64,000 nt of DNA. Origin: Paecilomyces variotii. Taxonomy: Eukaryota. Each line of letters begins with the position of its first letter. Position 1 is the first letter of the stretch. Location: NCBI GenBank assembly GCA_004022145.1, contig RCNU01000001.1. One strand, 5' to 3'. The position numbers were made by a program, and so were the translations under genes. Below the pieces are notes generated by a model. It was not told the origin of the DNA, made no database searches, and saw only the letters and a list, made by a program, of their open reading frames with translations. Of the stretch, positions 37,851-51,183 are shown in pieces.

Positions 37851-39313
37851 TTACGGTGATGAATAGACAGGCTTCGACCTTTTTGGGGCCTTCACATTCA
37901 AAGCCTGCCTCACCCTCCTCAGTTTGGACCACCACTCCTTGTCTTTGGCTTTCTGGGAGTCTCCATCGTTCGACGTGCCACCGATCGAGCTAGCGTCTAT
38001 ATCTTTAGTAATCTCAGAGCCTGTAGATCTGATCAACCTCCGATGTTTGGTCTTGATAGCGTGGAGGAGAAGTTCCCAGCCACTATGAAGATCTTCAGTT
38101 CGTTCCGTCTTCTTCCCAGAACCACTTTGCGTCAATTTGTTGACCCACGGACAATAGTCCATATGCTCGGCCACAACGTTGAGCTTTTCGTACACAGTAA
38201 GCTCCCCATTCTCTTTCGGCTTGTACATCCATAGGCCTAAACGTCGAAAGCAGGCACCACAACCGGCCAAGCCAGCCGTACCATCGGATACCGTATCCCA
38301 TCCAAAGAAAGCCAGAGCAAAGGCCGCCCTGTCTATATCCTGCGCCGTTTGTTTGGGAGAAGCGGCATTCTTATCGGCCTTCTGGCCTTGTGAATCAGGG
38401 GCTCCAGCTTCAGACGGTACCTTGTTTTCATTTCCCGCATAGAACTCGGGAGGTAATATCCGCAATGCTCCTTCAAGGTTGAAATCTTCGGGGATCTCGA
38501 TTCTCTCCCTCGCGGGCAGTTTGGGCCCCATCTTGGCTAGGTTGTAGTAACGCGTTTTGAGGCCGCTTATTGCCACATCAGGGTTGGCTAGCTGCAATCG
38601 ATGGATAGTAGCTTTGAGCACTGTCAGTAAATATATATGTATATTTTTGGCTTTCTGTATTGCAGATTGACATACCATCACAGCCTCTGTTGCGCCAGGG
38701 GCAGTTTAGACCATGGCCTTCTGTGATGAGCTTCTTGTATTCCTCTACCAGTTTTGCCCCTAGACTGAACTTAGTACTTGCAAATAAAACCGTCACCGTG
38801 GTCGCGAAACTTACGGACTTCCTTCCTTTCCTCCACTTTCTCGATATCGTAGCCGTCCAGCTCATCGAGTTCGTCCGGGAGCTTGACAACGACCGAGCCA
38901 CCACATCCTCCAACACAGCTGACTCTCTCAGTGTCTGTACACGACCATCCACGCTTAGCCCACTGAACCTCATTGACCGCCGGGGGTTTCGAAGACCATT
39001 TGTCGACCCTGCGGAATGTTTCCAAACGCTCAAGAAAACGCTCGCGATCCCATGGTACAAAGTTGGGGCGGACCGTTGTCGAGCCTGACGAGGACGGTCT
39101 TGAGATATTTGTGACAGATGTTCGAATAACTAGCGGATCGTTCTCACTTCCACTGACACGGACCTTCTTGATCGAGGGAAGCGTCGTAGTGCGTGGAATG
39201 CTTGCGGGAACGTCATTTGGAGTCTTTGCGGCGACGTCTGGGGACGGAGGTTTTGATAGCGAGTCAAGGACTCTGTTGAACTTGCGCTTTTTCGTGACCA
39301 GCGCGTAAGACAT
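37851..39313 (-). CDS. rsm1: C3HC zinc-finger protein, Rsm1/Pml39/NIPA-like (two introns)
   Basis: PWDRERFLERLETF, WAKRGWSC..CVGGCG...HGLNCPW, FGWD..CGACFRRLGLW..HMDYCPW. Confidence 0.85.
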
Positions 39314-39953
39314 TTTTCTTCTGGGAATATTATTATGATTAGGTATGACAATTATGATCTGGGCAGGTGAAAGCTGCCGCAGCAGTTGTGATCTGCTTGC
39401 GATCTGCCAGTGGTTGCTCGAGCTACCGTATTTGTCGCCCAAGCTCTGGCCTTGGCGTGGTTTGTTGCCTTGGCGCCTGATACCTGCAATCATGCTACAA
39501 GGGAAGACGGAAATGCGACCTTACATGCAATGAGCATCACGCCAACTTTTCACTCTCATCTCAACAAGTATTCTGCGACGGAAGAGCTCGTGAAAGCCTT
39601 TGAGTAGTTATCTATTTCATATATGTTGCGGTGGAAGCACTAAGGACAGTTTGAGTTCGTGAATTATTCGACGATGCCGGAAAATGGTCGATCATATAGA
39701 CTGGTGATTCTGAACTGACCAGGCAATGGTAATTGGCAACTAGTGTGACGAATGCCAATCTCGCAATTGAACTAAGCTCTAAATGCAGAATAATTGAGAA
39801 ATCGCATCGCACTCCCTCCCTACGACTATAGTAGTCGATTGATTGAACATAGTCTGGATGTTCATTATCGGCTAAATTTCAAGCTCGCGATTATCAATAA
39901 GAAGTATCACACCATAACTCCATTATATATACCGAAAATGAAACCTCCAATGC

Positions 39954-41234
39954 CTATACAAAACTATCTATGAGAATGAGCACTGAAAAAATGATAGACA
40001 GGACGAAAGGCAATTCAATATGATGATTGTTACTGCCGATGCCGTGTTTCGACGTCTGCGTTGGTGCAGATGTCGCGGTGTCCGTAGGTGACCCTGTCTC
40101 ACTAGACCCTGATGCCGTACTGGTAGAAGTCGTATTTCCTGCAGGTGCTTGTAGCATTCCCTTTTCCACGGCCTCATTGAAAGCAGCATACCAGATGTCG
40201 GCCATCACATGATATCCCTCGTCTGTAGGGTGTATGCCATCGCTGCCTATGTCCTCTATCGTCAAATTGCCATAGTCCATCTCTGCCAAAATGATCCGAT
40301 CACCAGCTTTTTGGCGCTTTGCAACAAGTTTCCGATATTGGTCGTTGATATCAGCCATTGCTTTCGGTGCGCGCTTATCCGGGATCAGAGTGGAGAAAAG
40401 AATGGTAGTGTTTGGGGAAGCCTGGTAAATCTCCTTGAGAAAGCCGTCCATGCGTTTGCCTGTGCTCGAAACCTTGTAATGTTGGACTCCATCGTTGGTG
40501 CCGGCACTGGAATTTTGGGTTAGCATTGCCAGGTCTAGACAGTTACTTCTCCGCTGATCGATTCTCATTTGCACTCACTTCAAGAGGATCAGATCCGGTT
40601 TCGTTGAATAAAGTGACTTTTTGGCCGCCGCCTTTATTTGGTCGACCCTGTAGCCAACATACCCGTTATTCTCCTGTTCAGTGCGCCAGCACATATGGTC
40701 AGCGAATTGTCCACGAACCCAAGCTCCGCCCGAATACGACTATAAAGTACGATGCACCCAGTATTATTGCTCTGCAGTGCATACGAAGGCTGCTCTATGC
40801 GTTCAATAGGCCGCGTTCTAACTCACGTTCTCTTTCATGGTACCGTGTCTGAGGTTCCCAACCATAGTGGCATTCCATCCATCTGATTGCACCATATCCA
40901 GAAAGTACTCTCGATAGCCGTTACCATCCGTCGATTTGAAGCCATAAGTAATAGAAGCCCCTAGCGGCATGATTCGCAGCGTGAAAGGCTTATCATCTTG
41001 AGACTTTACGTTCTCTGGTTTTCCCTCGTTGGTGGCATTGTTGGTGCTCTTGTCTAATTCTTCTCGGGAGTAGGCTGACGCAATAGCATCTGGAGAGAGC
41101 GGAGATGTCGTCGGAGCCGTATGTTCGAGAATCGAGCCGTCCACAGATGCGACGGCTGGACCCGATAGCAGACAAAGACTAAAAGCCGTAGCGATGGCGT
41201 AGCCTTTCGCTGCGACGACTAGCCATGGGGCCAT
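39954..41234 (-). CDS. Secreted SGNH/GDSL hydrolase (carbohydrate esterase family 3-like), probable GPI anchor; 3 exons
   Basis: LRIMPLGASITYG block I, spliced ENNGYVGYRVDQ and LLNAGTND block III, DGIHPTDEGY block V, Ser/Thr-rich linker and hydrophobic C-terminus. The start could instead be 41297. Confidence 0.87.
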
Positions 41235-43009
41235 GGCCGGCTCAGGGAGAGGGATTGCAGGGAAGCAATACGTTAGGCATTCGCCCACGGGGAGCATCCG
41301 GGTTTATAACTGCGTAACATCGTGCGGCTCTGAGCTTAGAATCACCGCGGGCTCCAAAGTCTACAACAAAGAACTAAGGGCCGTGGCTTAGCTCGTCCAG
41401 GGTTTGATTGTTACTCCACTTAAAAGCTATCGAATCCGATAGTCATCTTCAGGTACGGACATGGCGGCGCGGTATCCAGATTCCAGGCAGATCTAAAACT
41501 GCTAGGAGATAAAACTATTCCAGTTCAGGACAGCGAAAAAGCTTGATTGCTCTTGACACGGACTCAGCCAGTGGGACAGCTCGTGGGAGTATCATGCTAA
41601 GAGAATCCGAATCAGATTCTATGTTCCGCAAACGTGGGGCCTTTCTCTTCTCGATGGCGTCCAATTCGAATTTTGTCCCCAATACCTTAGTTAGTCGACT
41701 ACTGCCGCTTCATGTACTGATAAGAGTGAAGAAATATCATTGTGCTGAGAACCGCCAAATGTCATGCTTATGGTTACAGATCAATGTACAGGTTTTTCCG
41801 TTTGCGATCTCAGCAGACGTGTATGCTGCTCAAAATCACGTCATTTTGCTAGCCGTTGAAATCGCCCCCTTTTTTTTTCAAATTGATGGGAAATTTGTTG
41901 GACTCGGAAATGACAAGCTTTCAGATTGATCAAAAAACCCAATTGATTAGTACTATTGTCTTACCGCTATCGTCTTTAACCATGTATGTCATCTATAGTC
42001 GACGATTGGCCGAACCAAAAGCACGCCAAAGTTGGCTGTGGACGGCCCGATGCCAAGAATATGGGTTATAGAGTATGATCTGACGCTGACATCGAACTGA
42101 AAGTGAATCCAAATGGAGAATTTTGACAGGGATTTGAGAAGCACGACATTATACGCACACTGCGCACGCTCCAGGATGACTGCAATAGGGAAGTGTTCGC
42201 ATGCCATGGCAATTGCCCTGGTGGCCTCCCAGAAAAGCCATGCTTGAGTAAGTGATGAAGTGCGCGATTTATCATGCATACTATCGCACGCCGTCCGGTG
42301 CAGATCCCATTTCCCCCATATGAAGAAATATCGTCGTATTAAGAAACAAGGCCATCCTGCCAGTTTTGCCTTTTGCGAAGATTCTGCTGCATTCCTCGAC
42401 ATCTCATGCGCCAGCAGAACTCGACATGCGGATATACGGGGTACTTGCAATTAGGGATCGATCCTCTCATGCGTTCTATCAGCGGCGATTCAGCGCTAGT
42501 TAGATTTCTCGACCTCGAGATCTCTCTTTTGGACCCCACGATGTTGGGAGTGCTTGTGACAAGCACCGACCACCAATTGAATCTGGCCCCAATTGTGCAG
42601 GATGTGCTGGTGAATACCTTCAAGCGACTCGACCTTTTCCCTTCCTAACTCATGGATTCACCGAGTTGGCGTCCCGGGTCCATTGGACTGATTCTCTGGG
42701 GTCTCTGATGTATTTTCCTAGGAGATCAGGACTCCCTGAGAGCCTCTTGATCGGCAATATTTCCCCGCGCCTCACTAAGAAGGGGACTAACTGCTAACTT
42801 AATCACTTCGTCACTTTCTGAATAGTAATGCTGAGACAAGCGACCGTACTACCCACGCACGGACTGGCCAGTCTCTCTTTGAAAGATCTGCCCGATTCAT
42901 CGATTGGAGATGTCCCCAATGCCTAGATACAACTGATGATCACTGATACCTTATCTGCTGCTTACAACTCCGGTACCGCTATAGCTCGCTTAACATACTT
43001 TATGATCTC

Positions 43010-44848
43010 ATGAACCGCGCAGCCGAAGGCTCCGCTCCTCTCGGGAGAGCGAGCTTACAGCAATCTCGAAGCCATGTCGACAACCCCTCTGCAGCTCTAC
43101 AAGGCGCGACAGCGGCCTTTAATTCATTCGCATCGAGGAAGCCTGTCGGTACACCTCCAAAGAATACCGAAAACGCAACCAAAGCGGCTGTCCTGGCAGG
43201 ACGACCGGTTCGTCCGCCGCCAGCATCCAGCCAGACACCGAGTTCCGAAACGTCCTTAGAACCCGAAGCTCGATCCGTGAGGGAAAAGATTGGCATGTTT
43301 ACAGATAGTCCGGTATCGATATCGACGCGAGATATACATGATGATAATAAGTTTGCTACATCCTCACCGAGGTCACAGACCCCGCAGCACATAGCTGCAC
43401 AGGTCGCGGCGGAGAGATCCCAACCGGGGATTCCATTCGATCGTAGCTCGACACGGACAAATTCGCCTGAGAAGATCGATCGTGCACCAAGCAAAGCCAG
43501 TCAACGAACGGATGAATCTCTCAAAATGTCGCATGGCGCATACCAAGATAATAATGGCAGCAACGAGTTGCTGGCACCAAAGCCTCTCCGCAAGCTATCG
43601 TCACAACACACTGCCATCGGGGCCGCACTCAGTGCGGATAAAGATGCCTGGGACAAATTTGATTCTCAACTTGCGGTGGCACCCAAGAGCCCTGGCACTC
43701 CAAGCCTTGCAGGTTCTGCTAATCCCCCTAGACTGCCCCCTAGGACAGATATCAGCGCGGCACCGGAACCTTCCAAAAGACTTTCAATCAGTCGAAAACC
43801 AGTGGCTTCCCAGCTTTCCCTCAATTCCCAAGATTCGGCAAGTTACGGCCAGAAAGAATACCAGTCCGTACCACGTGCTAGCACGTTTCCGTCCACATCG
43901 ACATCCGACGAACGAAAACCTCCGCTTCCACCACGCCGGTCCACGGCGGGGGTGAATGGATCATCGCCAGGAGGCACTGTCGATTTGCAAGATACTTCAC
44001 GCTCTATTTCTAGAAATCATACACGGGATGTGGCCAGCCCGGCGCTGTCACAGCCTCCTCCTCCGCCTCCCAGTCGTACACCGGCTTCACTACGACCGCA
44101 GACGAATAGTGTTGTTGGCCATATCAATAACAATGGCGCCAGTGTCTTCGAGGAACCGGCAGGGATGGATGAAAATTCGTTGTCGGATGCAATCGTGGCT
44201 TCATCGCTCGCGTCATCCTATGCGCCAACGCCAGTTGAGATCGCACCTCCTCTACCACAACGGCGGCCAAGGTCTCGCTCATCGTTATTATTGCACCGAA
44301 CAGGTGACAACCAGAGGTCTCCCAGTCCTCCAAAAGGTATGAGACAGACTCTTAGAGACCACTCGAAGCTAGAGGGACAAGACGAACACCATCATCACAA
44401 GCATATGATCCGCATCATCAAAAAGCATCCTCATAAGCACCACGAGGGAGATCGAAAGAGATGGCGTAATGAGATCACCGAGAAGGAACGCAAGAGATAT
44501 GAAGGAGTCTGGGCCGCCAACAAAGGGTTATGGGTCCCAGATAAATCCCTTCTTCCGCCCTCTCTGCGCACTCAGAACTCCCACACCCTCCCTCAGGACC
44601 CATCTGACATGGTCGTGAATGTGGTGGTCAAAGACATATGGTCCAGAAGCCGATTACCACCTAATTTCCTGGAGAAGGTTTGGGATCTTGTGGACCGGCA
44701 GGGTATTGGCATGCTCACCAGAGACGAGTTCGTGGTTGGTATGTGGTTAATCGACCAGCAGTTGAAAGGTCGTAAGCTCCCGGTTAAAGTATCCGACAGC
44801 GTGTGGGAAAGCGTAAAACATGTATCGGGCATCAAACTGTTGGATTAG
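43010..44848 (+). CDS. IRS4: EH-domain protein, Irs4/Tax4-like
   Basis: Low-complexity Pro/Ser N-terminus, HHEGDRKRWR..ITEKERKRYEGVWAANKG, VKDIWSRSRLP...EFVVGMWLIDQQLKGRKLP. Confidence 0.85.
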   Translation: MNRAAEGSAPLGRASLQQSRSHVDNPSAALQGATAAFNSFASRKPVGTPPKNTENATKAAVLAGRPVRPPPASSQTPSSETSLEPEARSVREKIGMFTDSPVSISTRDIHDDNKFATSSPRSQTPQHIAAQVAAERSQPGIPFDRSSTRTNSPEKIDRAPSKASQRTDESLKMSHGAYQDNNGSNELLAPKPLRKLSSQHTAIGAALSADKDAWDKFDSQLAVAPKSPGTPSLAGSANPPRLPPRTDISAAPEPSKRLSISRKPVASQLSLNSQDSASYGQKEYQSVPRASTFPSTSTSDERKPPLPPRRSTAGVNGSSPGGTVDLQDTSRSISRNHTRDVASPALSQPPPPPPSRTPASLRPQTNSVVGHINNNGASVFEEPAGMDENSLSDAIVASSLASSYAPTPVEIAPPLPQRRPRSRSSLLLHRTGDNQRSPSPPKGMRQTLRDHSKLEGQDEHHHHKHMIRIIKKHPHKHHEGDRKRWRNEITEKERKRYEGVWAANKGLWVPDKSLLPPSLRTQNSHTLPQDPSDMVVNVVVKDIWSRSRLPPNFLEKVWDLVDRQGIGMLTRDEFVVGMWLIDQQLKGRKLPVKVSDSVWESVKHVSGIKLLD

Positions 44849-45598
44849 AAGTTATAGACGGGGGAGGGACGCCTATCTAATGATAATACCTAATGCCTTT
44901 CTCGCTTAATAATAGACTGTAGTAGTTAACTAACGTTAGAGTCTTTGAGCGGTAGAAGAGAGCCCATATCTGGGCATCGACGATCCAAGTTACTTACGCC
45001 TCAGCGGAGAACCAATAATAATAATCGTAGAACCCGATCAACCTTATCTTCGATGCTCGGTCACGTGAATTACAATGCACTCAAATCCGCTCTGCAAACT
45101 AGGTACATAGTTAATACCTTCCATTTCGTGCCTGTAGGCAAATTCACGCTGCTTGGGCAGTATTCTCTGGTGCATTCTACGCAAGGTATATTCCCTGACT
45201 CGCCACCTAACTACTTGTTTTTCTATATGACAGAGAAATAATTCATGAAGCTGGCTTTAGCGCTCCACGCTTTCTCCTTTGAGCAGAGCAAATCCCGGCC
45301 CTCGGGATCTCACGGCCAGCCAGACTAGGAAACGGATGAATCAGCAGCCTGGAAAACACCTGACTTTCTATATCGGACCAGTCGTCGAGCTTGAGCAGAT
45401 TATTCTCAGACGCCCCCCAGAAAATATCTCTTTCCGAGGCTTTGGGGTGAAACGATGCATCGCTGGGACAGAGTATAGGGAAGACTTGCTTTTTCTCCCC
45501 GACTCCGTCTTGTCCATCCAATCTTCAGAAGGGCTCACCTTTGAACCTCCGCGCGGGATCACGGGGTTGCTGTGACCCAGAGAGACAGGAGATCCACG

Positions 45599-48435
45599 AT
45601 GGGACTGGAGGACACCCAACAGCATGAGCATGAACCGGTCACACAACCCAAGGAACCGGCGCCAACAGTAGTTCGCAAAAAGTTCGCCAAACCGCCCGTG
45701 AAAGTAGCATGTTTGGCTTGGTAAGCTATCCACTGAACAATGTATTAACCAGAGCTCCGCTTTGGGGGGATTTGCTCTGTGCTTGCGGCCGTTTCTGCTC
45801 CGTTACGCTGACACTGCCATCCAGTCGCGCTTCGAGAACGCGTTGTGATGGGAAGGAGACATGCTCCAGCGTATGTTAACCCCTTTCTTCTTTTGTTTTA
45901 TTATTAAGTGTAGCCAATCCCATGTCATCCTGATGGACGGCAGGTCATTTCTCTATGCCATCTACGTACTAAAATTGTTATATATTTGAAAGTGCGCGAG
46001 CAAGGGGAGAAAGTGCAGTTATCTCCCCAGCAAACGAGGAGGGCCTCGAAAGAAGAAATCCACAGTGCCTCCTTCGTCTACGACTGTGCAGCAAGATGCG
46101 TCCTGGAATCCTGTTCCTATTCCAGTCAGCAGATTCGATGAATGTATGTGTCCTGAGTGGCTAGACTCCATCGCTCTTTTGGATGCGTTAAATGCTGATA
46201 TAGATACAGCGGCGGGGATGTTCAACCAGATCGACCCACTGGCTCTGCCTGGAGCTGGACTGAGGCATCTTGACTTCCCAACTGAGGTCCAGTCGATGTT
46301 TGAAGACCTGTTCGCCCCAGGCGACGGAGCAAATCCACACGTCCAGATGGAACCGGCTCCTGCGGTGCCCCCGAAGCCATCGATGGTCAGAGCATACGGC
46401 AGTGAGCCAGATATGTGAGCAACGCATCATCAACCTCACGAGTCAGAGTCCTAACTGGCTACATAGACTGAACGCTTATTATGATTTCATCCATGCTTAC
46501 TTTCCTATCCTGCCTCCAAGAGCCGCCCTTCCTTACGCTGATCGCCCATTGAATGGGCTAGGTTCTAGTGCTAATGCTTTGTCGGAAGAGCTTTCTCTTT
46601 TGTATCAACCATCTTCTCCCTTGAGCCTTGCTATCTCCGCTATATTAGCTCTCGTACCACATCCAGACGATCCGGAACCGACGTCTGCCAATTCAGTCCT
46701 ACTTCGAAGATCATATGCGCAAAAGTTTGCCGGGCTAGCAATAACATGCATCGAAGCAGACCAAGAACTTATCGATTCTTCCACTGACCCCTCTCAGGCT
46801 TTGTCGAATGAGACGCCTATCATAAACAGAGCGCCGTTCCATCCTAAAACGCCTGTTGAACTCGAAGGTATTCTTGCGCTACTTGTATTATGTACATATG
46901 AGTATGCACAGCGCGGGAATCTATCCAAGATGAAATACAGGGCTGGACAAGCATTGACCTTGGCGATGAATATGTCACTACACTCGTTGGGGGAGGAATA
47001 TGACGAGTTCGCAGAAGCCCGACGGCGGGCATGGTGGATGACTGTACCGTACAATTGTTCCTTGTTTTACAAAGGTGGCATGCTAAACATTCGATAGTAC
47101 TACTGCGTGCTTCAAAGCTCGATTTCCGGCATAGCTGTAAGTCTGGGTGATTTCGTGGCTCATACTGACCATGGGCTGACACGAGTCTGAACTATAGCCA
47201 CCAACGATCACCATCGACGACCCTCGTTTCGTGACTCCTTATCCCAGTTTTCCATCGGATCCCGAGGTAGTAACCGGCTCCAATATGCTTCTCTATGCTA
47301 CTGCTCCAGCTAATCTATTATAGGGCTGGTCAATATTGATGCAAGCGCAGCAGGTGCTGGTCTCAGCGACACAATTCACGCTTGATCTGAACAGATGCCT
47401 GAGATCTCGCTCGAACATGAAATATATCTGTGACAGAATGCAGCAACTCGATGCTTGGGCCAGTTCCGTAATGGCACGTGCAAATACTCCTCCAAGCGGC
47501 CCGCGCTCTTCGCTTTACGAAGATCCGTCGGAGGCACTGACTGCACATTCTATACGAGCTATATCAAGGATCAAGATATCGAGGTGAGTACAAGTCATCA
47601 GTCTCGAAGAGACATGTATTTCTGACAAAGGGCATTATAGTGCACATCTCAAGACCCATCGATTCCGTGCATTCTCGGACATTCCCATCTTCATTAAGAA
47701 GCACTGCGACCTTGCCGCTGCGAAGTCCGACCCTGCCCAGACAGATAAGACCTATAACCTGAACAGGCGTCCAAGCGGTATAAGTCGACTGTCTTGTTCA
47801 TGTTCCAGTATGGAACCCGTTCCGCGTCCTCAGGCACGGGAGTATGCCCCTTCGCCGTCAGATTCTTCGAGTTCGTCAGGATCTGTATCTTTGGGCTCGC
47901 AATACTCCTTCCTCGAAACCGGCTTTCCCTTCACCAGCCAACATTCAGCAAAGGTTTGCCTGCGGGCTGCCCTGATCATAGCGCGCATGTTTCAGAGTCT
48001 ACCGTTCCCGAGACCACTATACTCGGCGGAAAAGCAGAATGGGTCTGCTGTTCCATCGGCCTCCCAAGAATACGTAGACCCAGCTTCGCTAGATCCCCGC
48101 ACTCAGCTGCCTCGCACGATGCCGTCATTTGCATGTTGTGCGATGCAAAGTAGCTATGCAATGTTGATGCTCTTCTACAAAACGCGCGTTGCGAAGCAGC
48201 TTTCTCCAGACTCCGAAGGCGGTAACAATTCATCGTCTGAACGACTAGTCGAAGAATTACGGAGCGGACTTGAACGAATCATCGGGGCAATGAAGAATTA
48301 TTCCAGGGCCTTTGAGGCACTAGACGGCATGAGAGGTCAGTATTATCCACCTCCTGGCTATCTTTTGCTAACAGCTTACCTTTTCGTACAGACGAGATCG
48401 AAGGTGCTTTCCAGACCGCATTTCCCCAACAATGA
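45599..48435 (+). CDS. Zn(II)2Cys6 fungal transcription factor, multi-exon
   Basis: Spliced cluster VACLAC/RASRTRCDGKETCSS/CASKGRKCSY; middle homology region YYDFIHAYFPILP...ARRRAWW. Confidence 0.92.
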
Positions 48436-49505
48436 CGAACTTCTCGGATATTCTACTTTGTCTGTATATGTTCCAGCAGGATTGGCTATCAGAATCTTAA
48501 TAGGGAAGAAATGCCCACCACAGAACGGCCTCCTCATGCCGATTTAAAAGCTGGCCATCAGCAGTGACCCGCTTTCTTGAGAATAGGCGTCTCTTGAAGA
48601 AGTTTCTTTGTGCAAACCGAACTAGAACTCCACCCCTGGGCTGGACCTATGGGGAAATCTACGTACGGTATACCATTGACAATAGGATCTCGATATGGAT
48701 TGAAGGTTGGAAGGAGAGGGACAGGTATGCGAGGCAAACCTCCCAAGCATGGAGGTATACGGGTGGAATGAATGAACTTGATGATTTTCGACACTTCTTG
48801 TTGTTTTCTCGTATGAAAGGCAGATGGAAATCGATGTCGGATATACCCTTCTCAAACGTTCAAAAGGACTGGAGGGCTGGCTTTATGATCATGTTGTATG
48901 TGTTATGTATCGATTATGATGCGGTTTTGTCAAAGGTATCTGGTTGGTGTGGTCATTTCTCTCACCTCATCTTTCCTCTTTTTTGTTCTTTCTTCGTACG
49001 GTTTCCTCGCGATTAGTCTGTTCTGCTCATATAAATGATTTGCTCAGCCGTACTATGGTTAAGATTCCATTCGTAATACATGCATACATTTTTTGCAGGC
49101 CCGCGTAGTTAAGACTTGGTGTTAATCAGGTTTGCTGCTGCCTGAGCTAGCCTGACTAGCAACAAATGGCTGTTGATGGAGTTTCGGTCGCATTTGTTAG
49201 TTCAGCTGACGAGCACGCGTCAAAATGCAACCTTTGCAGACATTTGGCCCCCAATATTTGCACTTGATGTTTGGCAAACCCCAAGCCGAAACAGGTCTCC
49301 TACTATCACATTTCAGCCATGTTGATATCAAAGCGACGCTTGGCTTCTTAATTCTCTACCCTAGAGATCTTTATTTAGCTGCCTGCTGATGGTATTATCC
49401 TAGTCCCGATCCTATTAGAAAGGTCCGTGGGAGCTCTACAGGAACATCCTCTACGAAGTTACCTACAGACGTTTCACATAGCAAGAGACAGCTGTATTTT
49501 GATAC

Positions 49506-50687
49506 ATGGCTTGCGCCTACGCAGATGAAGATGCAATACCAAATGGCTGGAGGACTCGACAGCCAGGCTTCGCCATCTGGTTCATGATCGCCATCCCTCG
49601 TTTCCTGCTGGTTTCTTTTTTCTACAGCATTTACTACATCCCAAGCTCTCTACGTCAGAATAGGAAATGGACATACCGCCAAGCTCTTTCAACGCAGCTC
49701 TTTAAATTCGCCTTTCGCATTATGACCGAGTTGGGATACTCACAGACTCTGACCTTCGAACCAGGAAAGCTTGGTAACAGATGGGTTTTCATTGACCCAG
49801 CTGAGTCGGACGTGTATCCTCGTCCGTTTCTGAGCGACAAAGTACAGCCACAGAGAATTGCTGGGACGTGGTACCCGGACACCCCCTTCAAGGACCAGTC
49901 TGCTTCGAATTTGGACGATGACAGCAGTCTTGTAATCCTGTCCTTCCACTCAGGATCCTTTCTCTGGTTTACAGGACGACCGGAGGATTCCGGCTTCGTC
50001 GCCAACTTGCTCAACAGAAAGCTGGGTAACACCACCCGGTCCCTATGGGTGCAGTATCGGCTTGCCGGTGGTCGCGATAATCCAACGCCCTATCCAGGCC
50101 CCATGCAGGATGCAATAACAGCATACGTCTACCTTGTCAAAACACTAGGTATCTCACCTCGACGCATCGTACTCGCGGGAGATTCTTCTGGATCTACTGT
50201 AGTGGTGGCTCTCTTGCGCTGCCTCGCAGAGGATGCAGACAACAAAATTCTCGCCGATCTCCCACCACCAAAGGCCTGTCTCATTTTCTCGCCCTCTGTC
50301 GAATATAGCTTAGAGGGTGATTCGCGTGCAATAAATGAGAACCGAAACTGTCAGACTGACTATTGCGATGCACCGATGATGGCTTGGGGTGCTCGCGTGA
50401 TTGCACCGCCGGACCAGATACGTCTGGATGACCCTTACTTGTCACCGGCCTTGCACCCGTTCGCTACTCCCGTGCCAATCTTCGTACAGGCGGGAGGCGC
50501 GGAGGTGTTGTGTGATAGTATCAGGGGATTCGCAGAGAAGATGCGTGCGATCCCAGGAAATCGGATCGAGTATTTAGAGGTCCCGGACGTGCCACACGAT
50601 ATCTACGCTGCTGGTAACATACTTGGATGGTTGAAGGAGCAGGAGGAGATCATTGATGCCGCAGCTACCTTCGTTTCTCAGTTTTGA
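49506..50687 (+). CDS. Alpha/beta hydrolase fold-3 (HSL-like esterase/lipase), intronless
   Basis: QYRLA, YPGPMQDA, nucleophile elbow LAGDSSG, GGAEVL and PHD catalytic acid/His motifs. Confidence 0.9.
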   Translation: MACAYADEDAIPNGWRTRQPGFAIWFMIAIPRFLLVSFFYSIYYIPSSLRQNRKWTYRQALSTQLFKFAFRIMTELGYSQTLTFEPGKLGNRWVFIDPAESDVYPRPFLSDKVQPQRIAGTWYPDTPFKDQSASNLDDDSSLVILSFHSGSFLWFTGRPEDSGFVANLLNRKLGNTTRSLWVQYRLAGGRDNPTPYPGPMQDAITAYVYLVKTLGISPRRIVLAGDSSGSTVVVALLRCLAEDADNKILADLPPPKACLIFSPSVEYSLEGDSRAINENRNCQTDYCDAPMMAWGARVIAPPDQIRLDDPYLSPALHPFATPVPIFVQAGGAEVLCDSIRGFAEKMRAIPGNRIEYLEVPDVPHDIYAAGNILGWLKEQEEIIDAAATFVSQF

Positions 50688-51183
50688 TTTGTCTGTGGTT
50701 GTTCTCGGAGGCCGGGATGTGTATTTATGTACGCAGAAGATGTGAAGCAGACTGGAATAATGACCGACTGGTGTTGTTGTTAAAGAGGAGGATGGAAAAT
50801 AGCATTAACATCGCAGCAATGATCTGGTAAATTGCGAGTAGCCATATGCATTAAAAAGTGAATTAGTTCATCCTCTTCTGTTCTAAACATCTAATAACAA
50901 CCATATTCTAAGCCCGAGATGATATCCTTCTGCCTCAGGCATACAAGAGGCTTGAACTCTTGGCGCCCGAAAAAAATAATATTTGCATCCTCCGCGGTCC
51001 AAGTGGGACCAACCAGACCGATAAGCGATCCGACAACTTTTTTTCCTGGAGATCCCTAGACTCTTCAAGATACAACCCCTTCACGTCAACATCTGGGATC
51101 GAGGGTCTGTCAACGGCGAGAGCCATACCGATCTCTCCCCATATCCAACCGGATCGTGACCGTTTTGGTCCCCGGGTTTCACA

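Noticed and set aside
41540-42650. Several 60-150-aa ORFs between the esterase and IRS4
   Set aside because: Mostly non-ATG starts, overlapping on both strands, no motifs; treated as intergenic.
27276-50687. P450 + esterases + Zn2Cys6 factor as a secondary-metabolite cluster
   Set aside because: No backbone enzyme (PKS, NRPS, terpene synthase), and the genes are separated by housekeeping loci.
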